Below are positions 48,951-59,447 of a stretch of DNA of 64,000 nt, piece by piece (position 1 is the stretch's first letter; the number at the start of each line of letters is the position of its first letter). This DNA comes from a virus: IMG/VR virus record IMGVR_UViG_3300045988_119718, positions 32,001-96,000 of that record; one strand, given 5' to 3'. Made by a program: the position numbers and the translations under genes. The notes beneath the pieces are model-generated. The model did no database searches. It saw only the letters and a list, made by a program, of their open reading frames with translations, and was not told where the DNA came from.

Positions 48951-50632
48951 GATGTAACCCTTTCTATTACTACTCTCATTTTGGGTACGTCAGAAATAAA
49001 TCCTTCAAATTCATCTAAATCCGCAATAGGTTCGCTTTCCAACATAGCGTTCTTAGCAAACCGATTATTATCATTAGTAAAGATACTAGCATTTTCATCA
49101 TATACTAAACTATACTTAGCAGCTGGTTGAAAACAATTTACATCTTCTACTAATTTAATAGTATTGCCTTGTACAAATGGCTGATAGAATCTAGTGGCTC
49201 CTGCATCAATATCAACTCTATAACGGTGCTTTGTAATCTTAATACCTAAATATTTTACTCCATCTTTTTCACATGGAATAATAAGAATAGTAGCATCCAG
49301 ATTTTCATCAATAAGAGAAGATTCACCTATATTAGCTCTACCTACACCATTCATCATTTTATCAAATCTATCATTTGTTCTAGCTTCATCTACAGTTCTA
49401 GCAGCTTCTCTATTAAGCTGAGATGCTGTAATGACTGGTATTTTGTATTCTACAGCAAAGTTTTTAAACTCGTTAATTACATTACCAAGTCTAAATCTTT
49501 CATCCATAGTATTACCAAATACTGGTCTAATACGCTTTATATAATCCTGAAATACGGCTATAGTTTCAAATCCTTTATCAGCATATTCCTCTACTAATGA
49601 ATATAGATAACTAGTATCTACAGAATTAATAGGAGCATATCTTAAGTGAATTGCAATATCACCTGGTTCAGAACATCTTAATCCAGATTTTTCCATATTA
49701 GCCATAACTTGTTTTGCTGTTGGCCCATTTGGGTCTTTAAGATTTTCAGTAAATCCTGCAATATTATACATGGACTGAAATTCTTCATCAGGCTGGTTTT
49801 CCATTGAAAGATAGATAATACAAGGTTTCTTTGTTTTATCTTTACATTCATACCCTCTATTGTATAATGCTACTTGGTAAGCTAAGTTCTTAAGTAAAGT
49901 AGATTTACCCTCACCAGCTAGACCAAACATAGAATATACTCTACCGCCTTCAAATCCACCAGCTAGAATTTTATTAAATGCTTGCATCCCAGTTTTAAGA
50001 ATATGAGATGGGCTTCTAATAGTAGTCAAAATCTGATCAATAGCATTACCAGGGTCACCTAAGTTAATACTATTTAAATCATTAGTACTTGCTTGATTTC
50101 TTCTAATCTTATTATTAGCATTCTTAATAATTTCTTTAAGATTATTAGCATTAGTTTGAATAGTACCTGGGTCAGATGTATCTAAAGAAATACATGCAGA
50201 CTTCAGTTCACTAGAGATATCAATCATATCCGCTGTATTCAAATAATCACTAATAACGTTTTGTGCTATCCAAGCTGCATCATTAGTATTTAATTCTGCA
50301 AAGTCATCAGGATTAATGGTTGGATATTTATTTCCAACTACACCAATAGCATCTTTGACATAGAATTCTCTTTTTGTAAGTTTCTTATCCAGCTTAGCAT
50401 GAAGAATATCCAAGCAAAAATTATATCTAGCTAATAGATCTGGTTCATTTGCATATAATCCTGGGTTATTTCGTAATAGTAAAGAACGAAGATTAACTAA
50501 ATTAGAAATTTGAATAGACTGATTTTCAGATAGTGCATATTGGCACATCCAATTCAAAGTTTTTAAATCTAATTTCATACTAGATTTATCTTCATCATCT
50601 TTACGTATTTTTTTATAGCTTCTTCCACTCAT
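48947..50632 (-). CDS. Replicative DNA helicase, DnaB/gp41 family
   Basis: Walker A GLAGEGKSTLL. VFQDYIKRI block (DnaB Walker B-like). ITASQLNREA (LSQLNR motif). Confidence 0.7.
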   Translation of the reverse strand: MSGRSYKKIRKDDEDKSSMKLDLKTLNWMCQYALSENQSIQISNLVNLRSLLLRNNPGLYANEPDLLARYNFCLDILHAKLDKKLTKREFYVKDAIGVVGNKYPTINPDDFAELNTNDAAWIAQNVISDYLNTADMIDISSELKSACISLDTSDPGTIQTNANNLKEIIKNANNKIRRNQASTNDLNSINLGDPGNAIDQILTTIRSPSHILKTGMQAFNKILAGGFEGGRVYSMFGLAGEGKSTLLKNLAYQVALYNRGYECKDKTKKPCIIYLSMENQPDEEFQSMYNIAGFTENLKDPNGPTAKQVMANMEKSGLRCSEPGDIAIHLRYAPINSVDTSYLYSLVEEYADKGFETIAVFQDYIKRIRPVFGNTMDERFRLGNVINEFKNFAVEYKIPVITASQLNREAARTVDEARTNDRFDKMMNGVGRANIGESSLIDENLDATILIIPCEKDGVKYLGIKITKHRYRVDIDAGATRFYQPFVQGNTIKLVEDVNCFQPAAKYSLVYDENASIFTNDNNRFAKNAMLESEPIADLDEFEGFISDVPKMRVVIERVTS

Positions 50633-50679
50633 TATGGTACTCTCCTAACAGTGTGATTTTTATTATTAGTTTTGTTGAG

Positions 50680-51810
50680 CTATAAATCTTTTAGTAAATT
50701 GACCAAATCGTCAGCAGTAATATAGATTTCTTTCTTACACTGATTAATATATTTAGCTAACTTAGCTTCTGGAGTTAAATTTCTATCAAAGATATAATCA
50801 AAATCTTTATACTTTTCCACTATTTCTTTAGTCTCTTTAGTAATCTCTTCTTTACGAGATTTATCGTTAATTACAACTTCTTTGTTTCCTCTAAAGTAAG
50901 TCTGCAACAGATTAATAGCTTCTGGATTAGATACTGTGAAATCGATTCTAATATACTTAATATTTTCTTCTACTTTTTTTCTCAAAATAAATTGAATTAT
51001 ATCTTTAGGGTCATTATGAATCATATCGTCTAAATTTATAATTGCATATTTATCAGAAATAATGGGTTCATATTGTACTGAGTAAGTATGAGTTGCTATA
51101 TCCTGTAATAAGAATATAAACCCTTTATCTACATCAGCATCAGCAAAGCTCCATCTATATGGAGAACCACAATAATAGAAATGAGAATCAAAGCATCTAG
51201 CATTATGTACATGGCCAGAAATAATTGGCCCTAAGCAATAACCAAAATCATTCATACAGAATACCGGTTCTCTTTGAGAATCTAAATCTGGTAATTCTTT
51301 TCCGTAAATAGAACCAGCATAAGTACCATGCATATAACAACTATCGTATAAACCATTTCCATACATTAATTCTCTGTAGAACTGTTTTCCTTTACCATAT
51401 AATTCTGGAATGCATAAGATACGTTTACCTTTTACGTATTCATATCTACACTCTTCTACAATTCGTATATCACAAACATTTTTAGCCTGTTCTGCTAATG
51501 GATAGAATAATTTAATCTGGTCGGCATCATGAGAGAATGTACCACCAATAATGATTAGAGTAGCATGTTTCATAGCACATACTGCAATTAAATCTTTAAT
51601 GAAGTATTGTGCAACTGTAATAGCATCACTAGATGCCATAAACTTATGGTCAAAAACATCACCATTAATAGATACGATATCTAGAATAGGCATTTTAATC
51701 AGTTTATTAATAAACTGATCTTTTAAAATATTATATTGTAAATTTGGATTCATAGCTCCAAAATGGGTATCTGCAATATGGGCTTCTACAAACATACCAT
51801 CATTAATCAT
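50680..51810 (-). CDS. Calcineurin-like metallophosphoesterase, Mre11/SbcD (T4 gp47)-like nuclease
   Basis: Motifs IADTHFG, NGDVFDH, GHVH. 376 aa. Confidence 0.55.
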   Translation of the reverse strand: MINDGMFVEAHIADTHFGAMNPNLQYNILKDQFINKLIKMPILDIVSINGDVFDHKFMASSDAITVAQYFIKDLIAVCAMKHATLIIIGGTFSHDADQIKLFYPLAEQAKNVCDIRIVEECRYEYVKGKRILCIPELYGKGKQFYRELMYGNGLYDSCYMHGTYAGSIYGKELPDLDSQREPVFCMNDFGYCLGPIISGHVHNARCFDSHFYYCGSPYRWSFADADVDKGFIFLLQDIATHTYSVQYEPIISDKYAIINLDDMIHNDPKDIIQFILRKKVEENIKYIRIDFTVSNPEAINLLQTYFRGNKEVVINDKSRKEEITKETKEIVEKYKDFDYIFDRNLTPEAKLAKYINQCKKEIYITADDLVNLLKDL

Positions 51811-52409
51811 AACTTTTTACCTCTAACTTCTTTAGACTCATTTTTAATCTCTTCCATTACCATTTCCATATTAGCCATAGCATACGGAAGATATGATTCA
51901 GTGTATTCCATTATCTTAGTTCTAAGTATAGTGATAATATCATTTTTATGTTTCATAATATCTGAAACTGAAGAATATGTAATGGGTATTCCATCTCTGG
52001 ATAAAGTACATGTAAGTTTAGTCAATGCTATAGTATTAGAAATATTAAGGTTAATGGTAACACTAAAATCAGCATCTTTATTATAGAATTGGCATGCAAT
52101 AAAAGTTATCCTGCCGTCTCTATCTTTTCTAGCCTTATACGAAAATTTAGTATTATCATTATTCTTAATAGACATAAATTGATCTTTAATAAACAATTCT
52201 CTTTGTACTTGAGTCTTATCTAAAAAATCAATATATTCAAACAATAGTTCTTCTATAGAATCTATATTCCATACTCTATTTTCAATTTCTTTAGAGATAA
52301 TAAAGTTTATAATTTTGAGTGCGATTTTCTTTAAAAACGAATGTTTATTTAAAAACTCGATAGTATTGATAAAGTAATAATTAGTCATAACTATATCTGA
52401 AATAAGCAT
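51807..52409 (-). CDS. Hypothetical protein (200 aa)
   Basis: ORF overlapping the downstream start by 4 nt. Confidence 0.45.
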   Translation of the reverse strand: MLISDIVMTNYYFINTIEFLNKHSFLKKIALKIINFIISKEIENRVWNIDSIEELLFEYIDFLDKTQVQRELFIKDQFMSIKNNDNTKFSYKARKDRDGRITFIACQFYNKDADFSVTINLNISNTIALTKLTCTLSRDGIPITYSSVSDIMKHKNDIITILRTKIMEYTESYLPYAMANMEMVMEEIKNESKEVRGKKL

Positions 52410-52524
52410 TTTACACTCCTCCTTATCAATTAATTTAATGTAATTTTAGAAATAGATTGCTATATTTTAGAACTATAAAAACATACTAATAATTTAATCA
52501 TTTAAAAGAAAGGATGTAGCTTTT

Positions 52525-53466
52525 ATGTCTGATAAACCAGTTGCAACTCCAATTTCACAATGCTATTTATACAGCAAAATGAATGGATATACAAAAGTAA
52601 TGGCTAATGCTATTCTAAACGCTAAGCGTATTGATAGAAACACTACAGAATTTGCAGAAGATGTAGGATTAGAAATTAAACGTTCTAAAGCCCCTGTATA
52701 TCTTCTTAAAATATTAACTTCTAAAAATACCCATTTAATACAGCCTGAGAATCCATTGCCAAAACCTATTCGAGTATTTGCTGCTAAAGATCTTAAAGGC
52801 AATAGGAAGATTAATGCTTTTATTGATATCAGCAATATAATTGCAGAAACGAATAATAATAGATATAAAGTTAATACTTCAGTATTGATTGCTTATTTAT
52901 TATCAGCTAAGCATAATATGATGTATTATGGTATCCCAGGAGCATTTAGTTCTAAATCTCAATTAGTATTATTAGAAACTAGAGCTTTTGCTAAATTGTT
53001 TACTCATGTAATTGATTATCTCGGTAATATCTCTATTATAGCTGAAAATAGAGAAAAGATGATGTATCTCTCAGCCGAATATTTCTTATACAATCATCTT
53101 AAACTTACTGATGAAGATAGAATTCATGAAATTGCTATGAGAGTAGCAGATATTAATGAATCTCAGCAAAATATATTTAATATTGTATCTGAGGGGAAAG
53201 ATTTAAAGACTTTACCAGGATTTGTAGATGCAGTTAAAGAAATCTTTAAGATGAATAAACTCACCTTATCATTAGTAATAGAAAAATGGATGTTCTTATA
53301 TGGTGCAGCTACCGTATTATCATTAGAATTCTTGCCATCTTTCTTAACTATGATTACTGATGCATACAGCGGTGTATATTTAAACAATCAGAAATCTATT
53401 GAAAAGATTTTAGCTAAAGACTTAGTAGAATTGGGTAAAATGCTTATTTATGATATTACGGTTTAA
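52525..53466 (+). CDS. Hypothetical protein (313 aa), first gene of plus-strand structural block
   Basis: RBS AAAGAAAGGATG. Terminator follows. Confidence 0.5.
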   Translation: MSDKPVATPISQCYLYSKMNGYTKVMANAILNAKRIDRNTTEFAEDVGLEIKRSKAPVYLLKILTSKNTHLIQPENPLPKPIRVFAAKDLKGNRKINAFIDISNIIAETNNNRYKVNTSVLIAYLLSAKHNMMYYGIPGAFSSKSQLVLLETRAFAKLFTHVIDYLGNISIIAENREKMMYLSAEYFLYNHLKLTDEDRIHEIAMRVADINESQQNIFNIVSEGKDLKTLPGFVDAVKEIFKMNKLTLSLVIEKWMFLYGAATVLSLEFLPSFLTMITDAYSGVYLNNQKSIEKILAKDLVELGKMLIYDITV

Positions 53467-53472
53467 AATATT

Positions 53473-53504
53473 GGATGAAGGGTTAAATCCTTCATCCATT
53501 TTTC
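53473..53504 (+). terminator. Rho-independent terminator
   Basis: ggatgaagggttaaatccttcatcc followed by atttttc. Confidence 0.65.
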
Positions 53505-53520
53505 ATATAGGAGTAATAAT

Positions 53521-56500
53521 ATGGATTATGAAACCTTGATAAATCTAAAGTTCAAACGAACTGAAGGTAGTGTAGATTTAACCAAGTCTAAATGGTCTTC
53601 AGTAGTAATAAATGAAGCTAACTATAGAGAAGAAACGGTGGACTATAGTTCAGCTGGAAGATTTGATAACGGAGAAGCCGCATATTTAGACGGTGAATTT
53701 TCGGTTATTAATAAGATTACTGGCAAGAACCTAAGCCTAGATTTAAATGCGGACGAATTTACGTTTGCATTATGGGTAAACTGTGATTTTACTAAGATGA
53801 ATATGAAGCAGTATTTACTCTGCGGTAATAATCAAATTAAAAACTCTAATAACTCTATATACCTACAACCAGACAAATTTAAAACTAATATGTCTATAGT
53901 ATTAGTTTCATCTACTGGTACTAAAATAGAAATTCCATTTATTGAAAATAGTGGATTAATATTAACTGGTAGATGGGTATGGCTAAGATTAACTAAATCT
54001 AATGATAATAAAATTAATTTTTATATAAATAATGAATTAATAGGAACTTCTAGTGTTATAACTTCTTCTTTTAAATTAATATTTAATAATAATGAAACCT
54101 GCATAGGTAAAGGCTATGATGCTGATTATCTGTATTACCCACATTTTAAAGGATATATAGATGATTTTGTATTAGTAAAAGGATTATCATATAATAAAGC
54201 TAAAGTACCTAGTACATATTTCTTAAATGAAATAGATCCATCTTTATTAGAAGATGCAGCTAATGTATGGGATGAAAAAGAAAGAGAATTTTCACAGTAT
54301 GATTCTATTACTAATGCAATAGAATGGAAAAGGTTTAATACTAAAGAAGAAATAGATAAAAGAGAACAAGCTTTAATTCCATATATGCTTACTCCTATAT
54401 GGAAACAATGCGATATTAATCTTCCTACTTGGATTAAACCTGTATTAACCAATCCTTATAGAATCAATGATAAAGTAATTTATAATATAAACCAAATTTA
54501 TAATAATACTATAGACTTTAATACAGAATATCCTGATGCAGCTAATGGGTGGAAACTCATTCATAATACCTTAGATGATATTAAAGAATGGGAAAAACCT
54601 AATAAATACTATAATTATATGGATAAAGTGTTATATAATAAGAGAGTCTATCAATCTCAAGTAAATTATAATACAGAGTTACCAGCTGCATGGATGGTAT
54701 TAACGGCTCTTACTAATTCAGAAAAAGAAGAATTAGATGATGATATCTATAAATGGAATAAAGAAATAGAATATGCATTTAAAGATAGGGTAAAATATAA
54801 TAACAAATATTATATTTCTATTATGAATAATAATTTAGGGTATATACCAGGAGATACTACATATTGGAAAGAAGTAGGTGGTGGTACCAGTTTTATTACA
54901 GATTGGGTTAAGCCTACTACTTACAAAAATGGAGATATAGTTTCTTATAATGGTAAATATTATCATTCTAATATCGATTATAATATCTTAACTCCAGGTA
55001 ATCATCATGTAGAATGGACTGAAATAACTTATTGGGAACAACCAAAGTATAAAAATGTATATGTAGATGGTGATAAAGTATTCTATAAAGGAAAGACTTA
55101 TATTTGTAATTTAGCTAAAGATAGTTCAGGAAATTACAAATACCATGAATACTCTATAGTAGCACCAGATAAATATGTAAATAAAAAGTATTATAAAGCA
55201 TTATATCATATAATCCCAGAAGGTGGGAATTACTATGATCCAAGAGATGTAGAATCAATATTTTGGCAGGAAATACCTAAAACTCAAATAACAGATTACT
55301 CATTATATAAGGAATGGGTTAGAGGTAATGTATATAATACTGGTGATTTAGTAGTAGCTACTGATTATGACTGGAAACAAACTTTTATATCTGAAGGGTT
55401 CTTCCAGAATAAGCAGTTTACTATAGATCGAGATGATACCACTATTAAGATTAAACTCTATGATGCTTGGGATAATCATTATTTGAGTAATGATAAAGAT
55501 AGAATCTATTTTAAGAAAAACTATCTAGAAGCATTTAATCTAATTGAAGTTGATGGATATATCTTAATGATAAATAATAAATTTATTAAATGGACTGATA
55601 TAGATATAATTAGATCAGATAGATTTGTAACTTTATCTATTAAAAAACCATCTTCATTTGTAGTTAAAGATGTGGTATTAATTAGATTACCATGTAAAGT
55701 TATTTATTCTGAAACTGGATATATGCCAGACAATGGTATTAAACTGTTTGGTTTTGATACTAATGGCAATTTTGGTAGTGATATAAATATCTATGCTGTA
55801 AATAATAGACTTAGAGAATTAGTTTATACTGATACTAAGTTTGATAATATATTTATAGATACAAACTTAGATCATAAAATTACTAGGTCTAATCTATTCG
55901 TATTTGATGAAGATGGTAAATTCATAACTAGAGATAATTATACTATCTCTTCTGCTAATATATTTACCTATATACCTATTGATACTGATAAAAAGTATAC
56001 TTTATATTGTATATGGGATGATACAGAGAACTCTAATGAAGATAATTTAGCTTTAATACCTAATGATATTAGAGTTAGACAATATCTTAGAAATTATAAT
56101 ACCAATACAAATATGGATAATGATTATCCTGTAGATTTGCAGCAATTAAATAAAGAGTTTGATTATAGTGTAGTACGGCATACTAGTGATAAACGTTATG
56201 ATGATAATATCTCTAATTCTATGAATGGTATATTTAATTATAATAAGAATAAGTTTGATTCTGTATATGAAGAAGTAAGACCAGTAAACATAGAGGAATA
56301 TTCTGAGGCTTATATGAACTCTTTAAAGAGAAATATAAGGATAACCATAGATGAAACTAATTTGCCTCAATTACTTCATTCTTATATAGTAGAAGGTACT
56401 GACTTAATAGAACTTTGTGATGAGAATAAAAATAAATATATTGGTAAAACAGTAATAATGAAATTAAGACAATATCTTTCGGTTACTCTTACTAAAAGTA

Positions 56501-58119
56501 ATATAGATTCTTATGTAGGTAAAGTAGCTATAGATGGTTCTGATAATATCATTATTACAGAAGATAATAAGAATAATCTTATTGGTAAAACAGTTAAGTT
56601 TAATACTAGTGGTTTATTTATTGATAATACTGTAAATAATTTTGATAGTATTATAATGAGTAGAGATATTTATAATAAGTATGATTATAAAAACAATACT
56701 TATGTAATGCTATTTAAACGTGGTATGCTGCCAGAATGGTATAATAAAATTCAATATACCAATGATAAATTCTATTTCACTGATATACCTAGAGCTGATT
56801 ATAGGACTATTTATATGGAAGAGTATGAAAAGCAATATATCCAAGTAATGGGTAAAGAAGGGGAATTTTACAATGGTAAAACTACTAGATCGTTTAAAGT
56901 AGAAGATGGGACTGATTTTGAAACTGGTTATGAAATATCAGTAATTGCAGATTATGGCTATACAGCTGGTAAGGTTAAAGAATCCCCTGGTATTGTAACT
57001 AGTGATTCTTGGATTAGAGCTTATGAACCAGAAATAAACTTCTATACTGTAACTGTAGTTACCTCTCCTCATCAACATATTAAAGCCACTATTATCAGCA
57101 ATAAAGAAGGATATGATTTATCTACTTTGGAAAAATTATCATATACTGATACTACATTTAGAGTTCCTTACAATACTACAGTTAATTTTGAATTAACTGC
57201 TGATAAAGGATATACAGCTGGAGAATTAAATTATAACTCTATTGTTGTAACTAAAGATACTACTATTAAAGCTGCAAGAGAAGCAGACACTAATGATTAT
57301 ACTATTAGAACAGCTAATTTGTATAAAGATATTATCGATATAAGTATAGAATATAAAGATAAAGAATATAAAGATGTTACTGTTAATGCTAAATATGCTG
57401 ATACATTTAAGGTCATTATAAAAACTCTTAACGATAGATATGTATACAATGGAATAGAATATAATGAAGATACTATGCACAAAAATGATGATGGTTCATA
57501 TACTTTATTAGAAGATACTGTGATATCTGTAAAACAACCATTAGAAAACGCTCATAGATTCTATATCTACGATAACTCTGATATGGATATAACCGCTAAA
57601 AATTATGGCATTGATAATAAACTGATATCTTCTTGCAGTATAAATGAAGATATGAAAATTATTAATAGAGATATAATTAAAGTCAATGTTAAGCCAAATA
57701 GTAATTATAATGCGGCTATTCCATTATTAATAGAAGGTACTCCTAAAGCATTAGTAAAGCCTGATAACGAAAATAACCAAGCTGAATTAAATTACACTAT
57801 TACTGCTGGAGAAACAGATATTAGTATTAGAGCATCTGATACTAAGATTAGATACTTTACTATTAATATTCCTAATAAAGATAATCAGACTATTACGATT
57901 AAATATGTAAACCCAGTTGATAGTGGTACTTATACTACTATTAAGTCCGTAAGTGTACCATATGGTACTATATATACAATTACAGTAACTCCGAATGAAG
58001 GATATAATGCTGGTACAGCTAATCCTTCTAGTGGTACAGTAACCAGTACTGTAAATATCAATGTAACAGATGCTACTAAGATTAGATATAAAGTTTACCT
58101 TAATGCTGGCAATGGTTAA
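53521..58119 (+). CDS. Giant fibre/receptor-binding protein (1532 aa) with N-terminal LamG/concanavalin-like jelly-roll and C-terminal Ig-like repeats
   Basis: FTFALWVNCDF...GRWVWLRL pattern of LamG_3-type lectin domains. Repeated ...GYTAG... Ig-like modules near the C-terminus. RBS ATAGGAGTAATAAT. Confidence 0.6.
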   Translation: MDYETLINLKFKRTEGSVDLTKSKWSSVVINEANYREETVDYSSAGRFDNGEAAYLDGEFSVINKITGKNLSLDLNADEFTFALWVNCDFTKMNMKQYLLCGNNQIKNSNNSIYLQPDKFKTNMSIVLVSSTGTKIEIPFIENSGLILTGRWVWLRLTKSNDNKINFYINNELIGTSSVITSSFKLIFNNNETCIGKGYDADYLYYPHFKGYIDDFVLVKGLSYNKAKVPSTYFLNEIDPSLLEDAANVWDEKEREFSQYDSITNAIEWKRFNTKEEIDKREQALIPYMLTPIWKQCDINLPTWIKPVLTNPYRINDKVIYNINQIYNNTIDFNTEYPDAANGWKLIHNTLDDIKEWEKPNKYYNYMDKVLYNKRVYQSQVNYNTELPAAWMVLTALTNSEKEELDDDIYKWNKEIEYAFKDRVKYNNKYYISIMNNNLGYIPGDTTYWKEVGGGTSFITDWVKPTTYKNGDIVSYNGKYYHSNIDYNILTPGNHHVEWTEITYWEQPKYKNVYVDGDKVFYKGKTYICNLAKDSSGNYKYHEYSIVAPDKYVNKKYYKALYHIIPEGGNYYDPRDVESIFWQEIPKTQITDYSLYKEWVRGNVYNTGDLVVATDYDWKQTFISEGFFQNKQFTIDRDDTTIKIKLYDAWDNHYLSNDKDRIYFKKNYLEAFNLIEVDGYILMINNKFIKWTDIDIIRSDRFVTLSIKKPSSFVVKDVVLIRLPCKVIYSETGYMPDNGIKLFGFDTNGNFGSDINIYAVNNRLRELVYTDTKFDNIFIDTNLDHKITRSNLFVFDEDGKFITRDNYTISSANIFTYIPIDTDKKYTLYCIWDDTENSNEDNLALIPNDIRVRQYLRNYNTNTNMDNDYPVDLQQLNKEFDYSVVRHTSDKRYDDNISNSMNGIFNYNKNKFDSVYEEVRPVNIEEYSEAYMNSLKRNIRITIDETNLPQLLHSYIVEGTDLIELCDENKNKYIGKTVIMKLRQYLSVTLTKSNIDSYVGKVAIDGSDNIIITEDNKNNLIGKTVKFNTSGLFIDNTVNNFDSIIMSRDIYNKYDYKNNTYVMLFKRGMLPEWYNKIQYTNDKFYFTDIPRADYRTIYMEEYEKQYIQVMGKEGEFYNGKTTRSFKVEDGTDFETGYEISVIADYGYTAGKVKESPGIVTSDSWIRAYEPEINFYTVTVVTSPHQHIKATIISNKEGYDLSTLEKLSYTDTTFRVPYNTTVNFELTADKGYTAGELNYNSIVVTKDTTIKAAREADTNDYTIRTANLYKDIIDISIEYKDKEYKDVTVNAKYADTFKVIIKTLNDRYVYNGIEYNEDTMHKNDDGSYTLLEDTVISVKQPLENAHRFYIYDNSDMDITAKNYGIDNKLISSCSINEDMKIINRDIIKVNVKPNSNYNAAIPLLIEGTPKALVKPDNENNQAELNYTITAGETDISIRASDTKIRYFTINIPNKDNQTITIKYVNPVDSGTYTTIKSVSVPYGTIYTITVTPNEGYNAGTANPSSGTVTSTVNINVTDATKIRYKVYLNAGNG

Positions 58120-58128
58120 ACTATTGTA

Positions 58129-58773
58129 ATGAATCCGGCTTTGAATAGCGATGGGACTTATGATTGGGGAACTAAATGGTCTGCTACATTAGTTGCATGG
58201 AAAGGATTTAAAGCTGGTAGTATATTTAGTGCTACTAGTGGTACTTGCTATAGCGATATATCAGTAAATGCTACTGCTGCATCATTAACTACTGAGTTAT
58301 TATCAGTTAAATACCATACTCCAACTAACAAATATGGGTTTGCTGGAAGCGTTTATGGTCAACAACAGACCGAATATAACCAGATTGGGATACAAACTGG
58401 TATTAAATTACTGAATAATTACGCAAATGAGCCACAAAAATGGGTGGAAATACCAAATAATTTCCATCCTGGCACTTATAATATATCCTACTTACGGACA
58501 TATTATAATGCTATACGTATAACATGCCCATACCAATATTCATGCATTAACATTGATACAAAATGGGTTAATACATCTGATAATGGTAATGGTAATGTAC
58601 ATGGATTTAAAATTATAGATGAGCAGTGCTTAAAAGGATTTTCGATAGCAGGTGGCGGCGGTGATAGAGGCCACTATGGTGAAGGGCAACTACATGTAAC
58701 ACTTACTGTTCCTGGAATTTCTGGTAGTATATCTTTTAAAGCTATTTGGGCTATAAAAAGAAAGGGTTTATAA
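58129..58773 (+). CDS. Hypothetical fibre-associated protein (214 aa)
   Basis: ORF between two fibre genes. Confidence 0.45.
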   Translation: MNPALNSDGTYDWGTKWSATLVAWKGFKAGSIFSATSGTCYSDISVNATAASLTTELLSVKYHTPTNKYGFAGSVYGQQQTEYNQIGIQTGIKLLNNYANEPQKWVEIPNNFHPGTYNISYLRTYYNAIRITCPYQYSCINIDTKWVNTSDNGNGNVHGFKIIDEQCLKGFSIAGGGGDRGHYGEGQLHVTLTVPGISGSISFKAIWAIKRKGL

Positions 58774-58776
58774 ATT

Positions 58777-59326
58777 ATGACAACAACTTTAAAAGGAACT
58801 ATACGGGGGGGGGGTAACCTTTAGTGCCTCTCCAGCTATAATTATACCAAAAATACACTACTACATAGCTAAAGGCTCTAGCCCATGGTATAGTAGTTAC
58901 TGGAAGGATAAGAAATTAGTTACTAATGTAGATGAATCTGTATCTGGGCAAGCTACGGTTACATGCAACACTATAACAGATACGTACTATATGTTCTTTA
59001 ACCTCTCTAATCTTACTACAATAGATTTATCTAATTTCGATACATCTAAAGTAACTGTTATGGCTGATATGTTTGCTCTTTGCTCTAATCTTACTACAAT
59101 AGATTTATCTGGCTTTGATACTTCTAAAGTAACTAATATGAGTTTTATGTTCTATAACTGTTCTAACCTTACTACTATTAAAGGCACTATAGATATGACA
59201 AATTGTGTAAGTTATCACAATATGTTCGATGGTTGTACCAAGCTTAAAGATGTTAATATTATGAATCCACCGGCAAACTTTAATGATGCTAAATTGTCTC
59301 CTTCTCAATATACCATAGCATCATAG
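58777..59326 (+). pseudogene. BspA-type LRR protein paralog, out of frame at a G10 homopolymer (candidate phase-variable gene)
   Basis: ATG at 58777 reads MTTTLKGTIRGGGNL* through G10 (58805..58814). With G9 the frame reads ...YIAKGSSPWYSSYWKDKKLVTNVDESVSGQATVTCNTITDTYYMFFNLSNLTTIDLSNFDTSKVT... to 59326. This is collinear with the N-terminus and repeats of the 755-aa LRR protein. Confidence 0.6.
58805..58814 (+). repeat. Poly-G tract (G10) inside the 5' end of the LRR paralog
   Basis: Directly visible: cggggggggggtaacc. Confidence 0.9.
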
Positions 59327-59358
59327 TATAAATTTAAAAAAATAAAGTAAACTATATG

Positions 59359-59400
59359 CACTGTATCTGTTCCAGGAATGATAAATTAGAATTCCTGGAA
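59359..59400 (+). terminator. Rho-independent terminator
   Basis: gttccaggaatgataaattagaattcctggaac followed by acatttta. Confidence 0.6.
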
Positions 59401-59447
59401 CACATTTTAAACTATTATTTAACTAATAGAAAGGAGGAAAATATTAA

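Noticed and set aside
57226-57482. Minus-strand ORFs inside the 1532-aa fibre gene
   Set aside because: Ile/Phe/Ser-rich antisense artefacts of AT-rich coding DNA.
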